The notes below the pieces were generated by a model. The model was not told where the DNA came from. It made no database searches and worked only from the letters and a program-made list of their open reading frames with translations. A stretch of 64,000 nucleotides of DNA from Adineta vaga (lineage: Eukaryota; Animalia; Rotifera), in assembly GCA_021613535.1 (NCBI GenBank), contig CP075495.1, positions 3,658,001 to 3,722,000 of the forward strand, written 5' to 3'. Of this stretch, positions 1-13,119 are shown piece after piece (position 1 is the first letter of the stretch; each line of letters opens with the position of its first letter). The position numbers were made by a program, and so were the translations under genes.

Positions 1-1381
1 ATGTTTGTCACGAGCTATTGTATACATTTGTAAAACTCGAACAAGATCTAATGAAACATACAGAGCAATAGGGACCATCACTTGAAATAATATCACAAAA
101 CGTAATGTATTCGCAAAAAAATTTCCAGCTATATTGCTGAATGGATTATCAATTATAAATGGAACGAACATCCATTTATCACCAAATGTACGCTCCCAAT
201 GAATAGATAAACCGGCACAAACTAAACATATTGTTGTCAAAATCAAACTGGAAAAGAGTACATCTCGATTGATATATCTTTCGATCAATGCATGTTTACT
301 GATCGTTTGACGAGATGATTTGATGATCTTTGTTTCATTACCTACACAAAATGAATAGTGTCACAAAAAGCATCATCATCATCATTCTCTTGTTATTCAT
401 TACTCACCAGCATACACAATCAATCCATCAACATACTCTGTGATTCGCAGCACACATCCACGTAACAAGAAATTACTGTTATCACATGGATGAGCATTCG
501 TTCCGGTTGAGAACAAGATTCGACCACAGAAATGATAAATATCATCATTCGGTGGATCACATTGCAATTCAAAACTTGTTTCTTCTGCTGCTTTGTTCAC
601 ATTCAAGAAACACGACGGAATACTCTTTTGTTTCAGATTTGTTTCACCATCGATTGCAGCTGTATCCAGATAACATGTACCTTCAGTTGACGCCGATGAA
701 AGAAGAAGAATATCAGCTGGTACTGTTTGATCGGTTCGAACTCGAACAACATTGCCGACTGATAAATCTTGCCATCTGCACGGAATGAATGTTTTACTTT
801 TTCTAGACAAATGAACAAGAGTGAGAGATAAATGAGATGAGTGAGATACTTACTTATCGTACATTTCAGCCATTTGTTTATTGATTTTTGCATCACTTCT
901 CCATCGTTTGAGATCTTCGACAAGATCTTTGACAGCAGTGATAGTGAGAATAACTGTCAATGGTATGAATGCAACCTATATAAATCAGAATATATAATAC
1001 TGTTCTACTCATGAAATATTCGGGTTTGTTTACCATCTTAGAAATAGCATTGATGATAGGTATCCAATTGAGTCCAATGAGAATAGCAAAGTAGATATTA
1101 GCAACACGACGAAATTGTTCGAAAAGATTTTTTGGAATGAATGTGAGAATATTGTAACGAGTAGTTCGTATACGATTTGTTTGAGAAGTTCGTTTTCGTC
1201 GATTTTTAAATGTAATCCATAAGGATGGTTCAATATCAGACGATAAATTATAATATACATGATAATTTTCACGCTCTAGTGTAGGAATTTGTGAATCAGA
1301 TGGTAAGGTTGTACGACGAGTACTTGTTCTTGATACATGATAAGTTCGACGAAATGTTGGAACAGCAACGAAGTTCCCCAT
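1..1381 (-). CDS. P4-ATPase phospholipid/glycolipid flippase, ATP10 (class V)-like, copy A; 3' part lies outside the window
   Basis: Spliced exons encode MGNF..., [44 protein letters not shown], the A-domain DGETNLK motif, LLRGC and TM4 [12 protein letters not shown]. Confidence 0.93.
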
Positions 1382-4300
1382 TTAATTTGTTTGAATTACT
1401 ATTTGAACAAATAGAAGAATAGAAGAGTGAAATAATTGATGGTTGAATGTCTACGTATCCTATGTAAATGTAGTCTATCAAATGTATACACTAGTTAATT
1501 ATCTTCAGTCACGAGATTTATTTGCTATTTACTACTCTACACGATCTTTTCTTCTGCTATACAAAATATCTACGAACATTAATTGTCATTCGATACATTT
1601 TTTTTATGTTCGTCTTTTAAACACGGTTTTATCTGTATCTTATTCCTTCTCTTCCTATCGTAATTGCAATGTATATCGTTCAAGTAGACATTTTATCGCG
1701 TCAGATGTACTCATTCACTTGACTCATAGCATCAAAAGAGCGAAATGAATATATTCTTAATCGTTATTTTCATTCGTAAAGAAATTCAACATCCCATCGA
1801 AGATTTCCAAGTTTATTTGAGGTTTCTCTTCTATTCTACCGCTTGCAGATTCTTTTTTCTTTACCTTCGCTCGTTGTTTTTTCTCCTAATTCTCTCTACA
1901 GCTCACTATATCGACATGATCAAATATCTACATAAAGAATTGTTTAGCATATAAAGAAGAAGAAAAGAAATATAGAAGAATTTCATTGACACATTGTCGA
2001 GCAAATATATTTGATTTAATAATAAAAAAAAACTGTTCGAATGAAGAAAAATTCAATGCCTATTTATTTAACGAAACGTTATCTTTCATCGACTATCGTT
2101 GACCAACTGAAGATACGTCTATTTTAACTTACCTTGCGCGTATATAATTTTCTTTTTATTCCTACATGCGGCTTACATTCTTTTTCGTATTCTGCTTTTC
2201 AATAGAAGCAAATATGATCGATAAAGAATACCGATGATTTTTACTCTTGATTTCACAAGTATTTTAAATATCCGAACGGCAAATACGAAAAAAATCTCGA
2301 AAAAAGATGCAAATGTGCATCTGATTTACTAATGCATTATGAGAATGATCAGTCATCCTTAACGACAAGTAATACTATTATATAAATACCATCTTTCACC
2401 TTATATATCGATTGATATACTTTGTCTGGTTAATTTGCCTGTTTACTCATAATTAAGTGAATCATTACTGTTTGTTATGAAACGATATATTCGAATAGTT
2501 AACAGAATCAATTATTCTTACATTCACATCATCAATGTTTCTATATGACCCTGACTTAATACGTTTCTATCCTTGTGTATGACTAAATGTATTTTGTCGA
2601 AAAAGTACACGCTGTAACGTTTGAATAAAATCCAAACTGATGTCTACCACTACTTATCACCGTAGCAACATGTCAGACTGAAGGAAAACAACATCATACT
2701 TCCTTTTATTTTCTTTCTGGCAAATATTTTTTGTAATAGATATGAAAGAGTATTTGTTATTTGTTGATATTTAAGATATATTCAAAAGGACAAAAAATAT
2801 GAATAATATTTCTTTGTTATTTCGCATTCGATTCATTTAAAAAGAAAATTTGCGAAACGATTCGATGATATATTTTTTTAGAAAAACAATTGATAATTAC
2901 CGTTAATTTTCGATTGAAATTATCTTCTAGAAAAGAAAGGAAGTATTAAGAATTTCTTTTTTGTTCAAAAGTTATGATTGTGAATTATACTTACGAGAAG
3001 AGCATTGACTAATGAAGGTTGTTAAGCGAAGACTCTTGCCTTTAAGATAGATGCAATAAACGTGTAACGACGTCAACAACAATCTGCACGGAAGAAAAGG
3101 AGAAAAAAAATGTAAAACTGAGCGGAATTGAATAAGAGAAAGAACGCATTAATTTTCAACGCCTCCTCAGACGAACGTCATACAAAGAAAAGTCAACGTA
3201 CATTGCACTGTAGTTTCTGCCGTTTAGAAATAACAAATATTCATCTTAAAATAAAATTTTCATTACAAAACACAAAATACACTTATCTCAAGGACGAATC
3301 AAGTTGTATGACCATGTCTGTATCGATCAATTAGTAAGAGTACATCGATATGTCAAAGAAAAATTGAGAATAAAAAATAAGCATATTTGTTTCTTTTGAA
3401 AATGAAAAGTTCAATCATATGGAAGATTGGCAAGGTTATTCTTTCTAGATAAATATTGATCGCTGATTCATTCGTTTCATCTTCAAGTGACTTATAAATA
3501 TTTATTTGTAGCAGACTCTTTTACTTCTATCAAGATTATCTGATAAAATCTTCATTATATTAAATCTAACATGTCATTCTGCTTTTCTTTTATTAGAAGG
3601 ATATCATGTGATCTAGTCATCTTCCTTTCATCTAGATACATCTAAATTATGCTCTTAAGTTACCAATTAACTTACAGTATTTTCTTTCGTATGAGGACCA
3701 TTCGTACTATTCAAAAGTGTTCACTGTCGAGAGGCTTGTTCGTCTGTTTAGATAATGAACAGCAAGAAGAAATGAGACAATGATTGTCCTTATGCAGACC
3801 AGACGTTAGTTAGAAAAAGGAGGTCAGACATACAAGACGCATGTGTAACAGCTGAGCAGGAAAAGAAAAAAAAAATGTACATATCTTTACATTATAAAAG
3901 TTATACTAGCTAAAAGGACTGAAAAAGAAGTGTTCATGTTCAGAATGACGAGGTATTCACAATATAGAGGTGCATTTCCAGCAAAATTCGCCTCGTTGGA
4001 CTTGAGAATGCTAGAATAAGGAGGTGTTTACTATAAAGAGGTTTTACTGTATATGAATTTATTAGTTAAAATATAGAAAAAGAAAATCAGACGATATTTA
4101 TCTTATAGATAAAAAACTCAAATAATTATATAGAAAAAAGAATTATGATAAAGATATAAAGTAAAATAGTTTAAAAATTGTGAACATCGAATAAACAGGT
4201 TTGAAAATTTTCATAGAAAGACAAAAAGAACTTCTTTTAAACGTTTATGTTTGACTAGTTTGAAATTTTTTAACTTCTCTTCTTTTTTTATTCATCGTAT

Positions 4301-4408
4301 TTGTATCACCGACAAAATATAGATTATAACATACGCTTCATTAATTGTACATATCTACATATACTTGAATCTTTTAAATAATACTATTAATACGTATCCA
4401 GGATGTAT

Positions 4409-7400
4409 TTAGAGAGCAGTATCTTCTGTTCTTGATGGTATATTATCTTCCTGAATATCGCGAAGTAATGGATTAACAGTTGTATTATAAACACATTTAA
4501 ACAGAAAACGTGGAAGTAATGCCAGAACAACGGTGAGCAAATTGGTAAACCAGAATAAACCTTGACGAAATGTTATGTAGGATATTTGATACGAGCTCTG
4601 ACCTGCAAGGCAATTGATACACGTAACATCAAATACGAGAGTAAAACCTAGAAAAACCAAAATGCTGAATGATATAGAAGCAACTAATGGCAGATCAACA
4701 CGTCGTGTCTGTAAGAAAACATGAATCACTGAAGTAACGGTCATACTAAATGCAATCGAAAAACCGAATGATAATCCATCAATGTCAGCTTGATTTTTGT
4801 AAGCAAAATAGGCAATGAAAAATATCACCGAACTTTGCCATATAGCATCCATTATATTAGTCCAGTAGGACCACATTCCATAACATTTTGCATGTAAAGT
4901 ATACTGATATAATTCAGGTTCATGCAATGCTCGATTAGCCGGAACGTGTTGATCGAATAGAGCTGCAGCACACTAAACATTGAAAAAATCGACGATCAAA
5001 AAAAATCAGATAGTTTCTTCTTACCTGTGGAAGAACAGTAAATAAACTTGTGTAAAGTAGAACATCTATCAACGAAAATTCAATTCCCTCTCTATATCTT
5101 TCTAAATAATTACACAACTTACATAATGAGTGTAGACTTACAGCCCCAGAAAATCCATTAAATAATTGATGATAGAAAACGACGAAAACAAATGCACAAT
5201 TATGCATAAATGTATACAATATTAATTCACTCGTTCGAGTAAAACACCATGCACCATGTACAAGTAACAAACGACGAAGGCATTCAAATCGATCAACTGC
5301 AAAGTCACCTGCTGCAACTGCTTGTGATCCTTCACGACCATACACCGCCACACCACAATGAGATTCACGAATCATTCCAACATCGTTTGCACCATCACCA
5401 ATCGCCAAGATTCGATGTTTGAACACGGACTTTGCAGCACTCACTAGTTCACGCTTTTGCCTTGCTGATACTCGACAGAATAACACCGACTGACATTCAC
5501 ACACAGCTCGAATGAATTCTTTTGATTTGTATCGCAATATCACTCCTGTTCATCAACACAAACAACATCACACAACATAAACAAAACACTCGAACTCACC
5601 TAAATCATCACCAGTAACAACAACTGATACTGGTGATGATTGTGCAGCAATCACATCAGCCATTCGAGCAATCGTCTTCTCAGTTCTTACTTCATCCGAA
5701 CCACTACTCTCTTGATTGCCTATATATATATGCGAATAATATCGTTTTCATAGACAAAATCATTGATGAAAAATGAGACATACGTAGTTGTTGATCGATC
5801 TCGATGAGTTGTGAACTATAATAGATCATGTGTGTATGTTGATTGAGTCGAGCTTGAGCTGATCGGTCAAAGTCCCATATTGTGGCAGCTGGTGCATTGT
5901 TCTACAACACATATCAAGTTCAATCTTTGAACAGAGAACACAATGAGACTCACTCGAGTTGATGCTTGAGAATCAGTTAATGATGTTTGTGGAATGTTGA
6001 TGAGTGATGCAGCTTGTGCAGTACTCAACGCAGTTGCTTGTTTGTCACCTGTCAACAGCCAAACCTTGATTCCAGCACATCGCAATGTGGCAATCGCTCG
6101 TGGTACACCATCTTGCAGCTTATCTTCGACAGCTGTCAATCCAGCTAACATGAGATCAACTTCGATCTCAGTGGCTGTATCAGAAATGGCTTCTTCTCGA
6201 TTGTCCAGTGCATTTGCTGCATGTCGATATCGTTGAAACCAATCTTCGAACTCTCGTAATGACAACTGTCGATATGCAACTAGGAGAGATCGATAGCCTT
6301 GTTCAGCAAAAGTTAAACTATGTTGTTCGACGGTTTCTTTCATTCGTGAATCATTGAGAGCACTGAGATGTGGCCAAATGGATGATTCAGCACCTTTGAT
6401 GAAGAGAAAGATCTGATCATCGAGTCGTACAATGATGGACATGCGTTTTCGAGTTGAATCGAAGGGTAGTAGACAGAGGATTTCATATTCGAGATCTCGA
6501 TTGTGCGAATTGGATGGATCAAGATAACGAACGATGATCGTTTGAGCTGACCGTGAGATCATTCGCACACCGAATTGTGATGCAGTTTGACAAAGAACAA
6601 GATCATCAGCGTTGTCACCTTCATATTTTGGTTGATAGTCGAGAGAACGTCTGAGATGTGGATGATCATGAACGATGAAAGATGTATTGCAGATGGCGAG
6701 TGTTGTTAAGAATCGCTCAGTAATTGTATCAGTTTCTGCAGGTAATTCAGAACTAAAATAGAAATAAAATATGTAAGAAATGCTTTGTTTCCTAGTTTTC
6801 TTTTCAGATGGTAGATATCATTCAGAAAATCCGTATTTTTGGATACTATCTGAATTGTGAAAACTCTAATATATTATAATGAGGGATCAGTTTGGTATTG
6901 TAGTTCAAAATGACTTGCCGTTTTGAATATTGTATGCCATCAATAGACATTGTTTTGAACACCAATCGATTTTGTGTTAGTGTACCAGTTTTATCCGTAA
7001 ATACATATTCAATTTGACCAAGATCCTCATTGATTGTAAATGTTCGACAACTGATCGGATGTTCATATTTCAAATGTTTATCACGAGCTATTGTATACAT
7101 TTGTAAAACTCGAACAAGATCTAATGAAACATACAGAGCAATAGGGACCATCACTTGAAATAATATCACAAAACGTAATGTGTTGATAAAAAATCGAGCC
7201 GCTTTGTCCTGAAATGGATCATCAAGTATGAATGGAACGAATATCCATTTCTCTCCAAATGAAGTTTCCCAACGGATAGCTAGGCCCGCCCCGATTAAAC
7301 ATAATATGGTTAAGATTATACTTGAAAAGAGTACATCTCGATTGATATATCTTTCGATCAATGCATGTTTACTGATCGTTTGACGAGATGATTTGATGAT

Positions 7401-8468
7401 CTTTGTTTCATTACCTACACAAAATGAATAGTGTCACAAAAAGCATCATCATCGTCATCATCATTCTCTCGTTAGTCATTACTCACCAGCATACACAATC
7501 AATCCATCAACATACTCTGTGATTCTCAGCACACATCCACGTAACAAGAAATTACTATTATCACATGGATGAGCATTCGTTCCGGTTGAGAGCAAGATTC
7601 GACCACAGAAATGATAAATATCATCATTCGGCGGATCGCACTGCAATTCAAAACTTGTTTCTTCGGCTGCTTTGTTCACATTCAGGAAACACGACGGAAT
7701 ACTCTTTTGTTTCAGATTTGTTTCACCATCGATTGCAGCTGTATCCAGATAACATGTACCTTCAGTTGACGCCGATGAAAGAAGAAGAATATCAGCTGGT
7801 ACTGTTTGATCAGTTCGAACTCGAACAACATTGCCCACTGATAAATCTTGCCATTTGCACGGAATGAATGTTTTACTTTTTCTAGACAAATGAACAAGAG
7901 TGAGAGATAAATGAGATGAGTGAGATACTTACTTATCGTACATTTCAGCGATTTGTTTATTGATTTTTGCATCACTTCTCCATCGTTTGAGATCTTCGAC
8001 AAGATCTTTGACAGCAGTGATGGTGAGAATAACTGTCAATGGTATGAATGCAACCTTAGAATAATAAATGAAAATGTGGTTTTTTAAACAGTACATATTA
8101 ATGCTATAAATACTTGTTTTGAGAGAGCATTGACAATGGGTATCCAATTGAGTCCAATGAGAATAGCAAAGTAGATATTAGCAACACGACGAAATTGTTC
8201 GAAAAGATTTTTTGGAATGAAAGTGAGAATATTGTAACGAGTAGTTCGTATACGATTTGTTTGAGAAGTTCGTTTTCGTCGATTTTTAATTGCGATCCAG
8301 AAAGGAGATTCTGGAAGACGAGACATTATGGTGAACTATGTACGGTATAGATTTCGGTAGAGGTAATTGTGTACCATTAGTAACCGAAGAAATAGTTGAA
8401 CGACGTGGATGTGTTCGGGATATATTTACATTTCGACGGAACGTAGGTACAGCAGTACAATTACCCAT
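4409..8468 (-). CDS. P4-ATPase flippase, ATP10-like, copy B (complete, multi-exon)
   Basis: ATG at 8468 ([12 protein letters not shown]); DGETNLK, DKTGTLT phosphorylation site, [46 protein letters not shown]-terminal TM helices; stop at 4409. Confidence 0.95.
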
Positions 8469-9847
8469 GCAAAGAAACAAAACTAACTGATTATATTTAT
8501 CTGAATAAAACGAGAAAAAAATCGAATATGATTACTTTTGGATTCTTCAATCATAATCAGTGGTAGTGTAAAAATTCGATGGTATAATATTAATATCAAT
8601 ATGAAGAATATTTCGCGTTGTTCTTATATTTCATTTCCCTTATTCGATCTGTAGACTGCTGACAAAGAATGACGTCAAACAAGTAAGCAAAACGGATGAA
8701 AAGTAAAAAAAAACAAGAGCATGTTAATGTAAAAGAAAATAGAGAAACTCAACATTATTTACTTAAACTGAAAGCTGGTGTTGGAAATTACTTCGTAACT
8801 AATTATTGAATCTATTATAATATCATTACAGTTTTTAAATTAATCATCGATCGAATAGAAGATCTAAACAGCAATTCATTTGAATTGATGAATCACGTTT
8901 CATCGATTCTCAAAACGTTTGTTTTTCTTACCATCTTACTTTTAATAACAATGCAAAAGGAGATCATTGTCAGGCACTCTTTAGTGCACATTTGAAAGCG
9001 TAGACATGCGTTGATTTTATATTCACCACAATCTTGACAACAAGAAAAAACACGAACGCATAGCTACTGCTCGCTATTCATATTCAATATGTGATTATGA
9101 TTTCAAGTTTTTGGGCTAATAGCAATCACTTCAAAGTGTACTCGCGAAGATAGTCAAGAATCTATAGAAAAAAAGCCCACACCCTATAAAACTGAACCAC
9201 ATGAAAATCAATCGAAAATTTAAGTTTTAGTACTTGCGTATAGAGTGTGTCACTTCTGATCGTTTCATTTTTTTTTCTTCGACAACAGTCGTTATGATCG
9301 CCAACTTTTTTTTCTTCTTCTTTATGTTCACATAAACGAGTAAGAACGAAAGAGAAATTGATTTTACATCAACAAAAAAAACTTCTTACTACCCAATCGA
9401 TTTCTTTTTTTTCTCTCCTTCTAATCAATCGACGGCAACAGTCCACATGTTATGCAATATCACCATTGAGTGTTTCTTTACATAAGAGAAATTCGTCTGA
9501 TAATGTTATGATGAAACCCATTGTTAGTTTAGTATTAAGTTCTACTTAGTAAAAAATTGAAAAAATATTCAATCTTTTCAGAAGACACAAAAAATTTATT
9601 GATGAAAGTATATTTCGATAGACAGCTATTCATTCTCTATTATCATATAATAAAGAAAATATTTTGTTTTCATTCACATAAACAAAAGATATCTTCAAAA
9701 TGTTAATAAGATCATTTGAATATTTTTTTCAAGGTTGTCAATATTGTCATCACTGATAAGAAGGATATTTTTGCTTCTTGAGAAAAACGAATATTGATCA
9801 AAAGTATTTCAATTGATTTAAATAAAAAAAAACAATGCAACATTCGT

Positions 9848-10798
9848 TCACAGTCCATCACAAGGTTGTACAGTATTCGTTCGTTTCTCGCGATTAATTA
9901 ATACCAATTGACGAACTTCTTTACGATATTTTTTGCTTGTTATTGAATAGACATAAAATGTAATACTATTACTTATATAAGATATTTCAATTGAAATTTG
10001 ATTTATAAGACTATCAAAAGCAGTTGTAAGAGAATCTTTAGTTATGAAAACAGTAGATGACGTATATAATTTTTGTAATACAACTGGTATTCCAAACAAG
10101 ACAAGAATAAGCACTTGTATTAATAATATTCGTATTAATTGAATATCTCGACGTTGACCATTAGCGAGATTAGTAGAACGTTTCACATTTCTTATAGTTA
10201 AAATACTCATTATAACCATTAATATTGGTGGTATACCCGAATTCAAACAAAGTAATATAATATCATTCAATAATTTACATGTTGTACTTTGATGTATGCA
10301 TAAATTTCTTTGATTGACTGTATAACAATAGAAAACTTGTGTATATGGAAGAATGAATATAATCAAAGTAGATATTAATATAAGACGTTTAGCAATACGT
10401 AAAGAATTCCATGTACGTAGATGAACATGAATAGAAGTTGATAGATATCGATCGATACATGCCAAAAGAATAAACCATGTGGAAAGTGTAATTGATGAAT
10501 ATCGAAGATAAAATCGTATTTTACATAGACTAGGAGAATATTGTGTTGGATCAAGATTATATAAACCAAGAAAAGGTGTTAATAAACCGATATAAAGAGA
10601 AACAAAATTGATAATACTACCACTGATAAAATAAAGTGAACAAGGATTTTTTCGAAGGGATGGACGTGTAAATACCATAATATTTAATATATTACCAATA
10701 GTTCCAAGAAATAGAAATATCAATGGAATATAGCGATTTAATTCTCGTGTTACATAATTTAATTGATCAATTGTTGATTGAGTATTTGTATTACTCAT
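9848..10798 (-). CDS. Intronless class A (rhodopsin-like) orphan GPCR
   Basis: 316-aa ORF with 7 hydrophobic segments; GTIGNILNI (TM1), CKIRFY, LACIDRY (DRY), FYVYSITSKKYR (TM7/helix 8). Confidence 0.9.
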   Translation of the reverse strand: MSNTNTQSTIDQLNYVTRELNRYIPLIFLFLGTIGNILNIMVFTRPSLRKNPCSLYFISGSIINFVSLYIGLLTPFLGLYNLDPTQYSPSLCKIRFYLRYSSITLSTWFILLACIDRYLSTSIHVHLRTWNSLRIAKRLILISTLIIFILPYTQVFYCYTVNQRNLCIHQSTTCKLLNDIILLCLNSGIPPILMVIMSILTIRNVKRSTNLANGQRRDIQLIRILLIQVLILVLFGIPVVLQKLYTSSTVFITKDSLTTAFDSLINQISIEISYISNSITFYVYSITSKKYRKEVRQLVLINREKRTNTVQPCDGL

Positions 10799-11531
10799 TT
10801 TTTTGAAATAGTAGTCTTATCTAAGAAGAGTTGCGAGTATATATTCACAGTTTGATGAACTGACATAATAAGTAATCATGAACTTAGCGAGTGGGAAAAA
10901 CATCATTTCTTCATGATTAATCTGATAATCCCAGTGATATGACAGAGAAATGAGCACAGCTATAAGTTTATTTAGTTATACATAGAATTCATTAACTAAT
11001 TTGATTCTCATTAAAATTTCTTTTCTTTTGATGAAATTCAGTGAGAAAAAATTTGACATACCATTCAATACCGGAAAGACGTCTGTTAGCACAATGAGAG
11101 CGAATATGCAGGATATATCAAGATAGCCTCTGTAATAAGAACGGAGAAGCACTCTTTATTCGGTTTCCTCGTTCAAGAAGTCCATTTATTTAGAAAAAAA
11201 GAACATTGGGTCTTCCTTTTTAGATAAATTCGTCAATAAATGAAAGTATAAGTTTCTAAAATACATTGGAGTTTTTTTTTAATCTATTGCAGATGGTTCT
11301 CATAAACACATTTAAAAACTGATAAAGATTCATGATGTTTTAGAACTATATAAAATATGACAGCTTGCGCTCATGTTTAGTTCTATTTTCTATGTTTTTT
11401 AATGCAAAAAGTATAATATACTTATTAATTCTGAATCATTAAGTTGTAATACAGTGAAAAACCTGTCACTGAGCAGGTGAATGCAAAACGTTTTCAATGA
11501 GATTTCATTCTATATATTTCATTTCTTTTCC

Positions 11532-11738
11532 GTTTAGAAAAGTGTGTCAAGATGTAGAGTATGACATTGTTCTGTTTTCCAAGATGCTTCGTTTTTACGT
11601 GGAGGAAAAAAGCAACGAGTTAAAAGTCTAGAAATGAGCGTTTTTGTATATGAGTGCCTAAGTATATAATTAAGACAAGTATCATTTGAAAAAAAAACCC
11701 ACAATCACATTCCCTGCATCTTGACAAGCCGTTTAAAC
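11532..11738. mobile_element. Decayed MITE-like element with degenerate terminal inverted repeats of about 60 bp
   Basis: Left arm gtttagaaaagtgTGTCAAGATGtAGaGtATGacATTGT aligns with the reverse complement of the right arm gtttaaacggctTGTCAAGATGcAGgGaATGtgATTGT; no ORF inside; no clear TSD. Confidence 0.5.
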
Positions 11739-12246
11739 AAACAAAAAACTAAGGATATATAAAGAATCGGACAGATAGCTTTGAGGGATAAAAGATCTTG
11801 TGATAAAGTAGGAAAGTCGTGTTTTTCAACCAGTAGACTAATTAAACCATTAAATGAAAAACAAGGAACAGATTGACAGAAAAAAAGTATGAACTATTTC
11901 GAACGATATGACAAATATTAATAATTATGTTGAAATTTAGGGATAAGCTGATATAAAAGATTTTCAGAATCTATTAATGCATCATTCAAATTTAAAGTTG
12001 ACAAAATAATGACTTATGGGTCAACTTGTTCATCTTTATCTGAAACTGTCATTACGTAAAGTAATTCAAATAAGAACAGCAAAAGTGCAATCTTGTAATA
12101 TGTCACGAAGTCAATTCCATAAAGATGATTAAAAAGAGTGCTTGTGACAAACTATCTAGGATATTTCAATTTTTTATTAAAAGTTATTTATAAGATATTC
12201 AACAAGAAAAAAGAGCGATATTCTAAATAAAATAAAATCAATGAAC

Positions 12247-12902
12247 TTATGATTTCTTTTTAAACACCGGTGACATATGTTCTTGTTGTTCCATTTGATT
12301 TTCTTCATCGTTCTCTTCGTTATCATTATCATCATCATCATTTAAAAGAGCATCAAGATCTTCGATACAAGGTTCTTTTCTTTTCTTATTTTCTACTTGC
12401 AAAGATTTTGTTGGTGTTTGCATTTTTGTTGCGTAATCTTTACAAAGTTGATCATTGTCGTCGTCATCATCATCATCATTCTCGATTTGATTATTCTCAT
12501 CCATTTTAGTATCTTGCTGTTCTTGTCCTTGTTCTTGCTCAAATGATTCAGCAAAACGACGCATTTCATCATCATCAATTTCATCGAAATGTATCTGTGT
12601 TGTTGTCGGATTTAATGATCGTTGAGGAACGGTACTAAATACAAGATCATCATCAATTTCATCACCATCAAATTCCTGTTCATAATCATTGGAATTCTTT
12701 GTCTCAGTTTCTTGACCAACTGCACCTAAAATTTGAGCAACACGAGCTAATGATTGTTGTTTGACTTCAATAGGCTAGAAAGTTTTTAAAAAATCAACAT
12801 TTAAATTCATCGGACTCTAAAACACTAGAATATTTTTACTTTATGACTACCAGCAGTATGAAATGCTGTTCGCTGAGATAAACATTCATCTTGTGATGAC
12901 AT
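12247..12902 (-). CDS. Small (196 aa) acidic protein with one N-terminal BRC-like repeat (putative RAD51/DMC1-binding)
   Basis: Exon 1 12902-12840 (MSSQDECLSQRTAFHTAGSHK), 65-nt GT-AG intron, exon 2 12774-12247 (PIEVKQQSLARVAQILG... D/E-rich ...KKRKE...FKKKS). In-frame TAA just upstream of the ATG. FHTAGSHKPIEVKQQSLARVAQIL resembles BRCA2 BRC4 [23 protein letters not shown]. Confidence 0.75.
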
Positions 12903-13119
12903 TTCTTATCTGAAATAGATCAATAAATCTTTGTACATCGATGGACACTGTTTTTTTTTATATAGTATAATGATTTTTGATTTCTATGAACACATCTTTG
13001 AAATTTCTGTATATGTCGAAGAACGGTTACAGTGAAATATTGTGTAAGATAATATTCGATAGCTCGCCAGTTTTATGTTTCAATGATGAGTAGCAATTAA
13101 GTACCAGATGAACTTTTCC

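Noticed and set aside
486-7867. Duplicated + strand 100-aa ORFs (486-788, 7565-7867)
   Set aside because: Antisense shadows of the duplicated P4-ATPase exon
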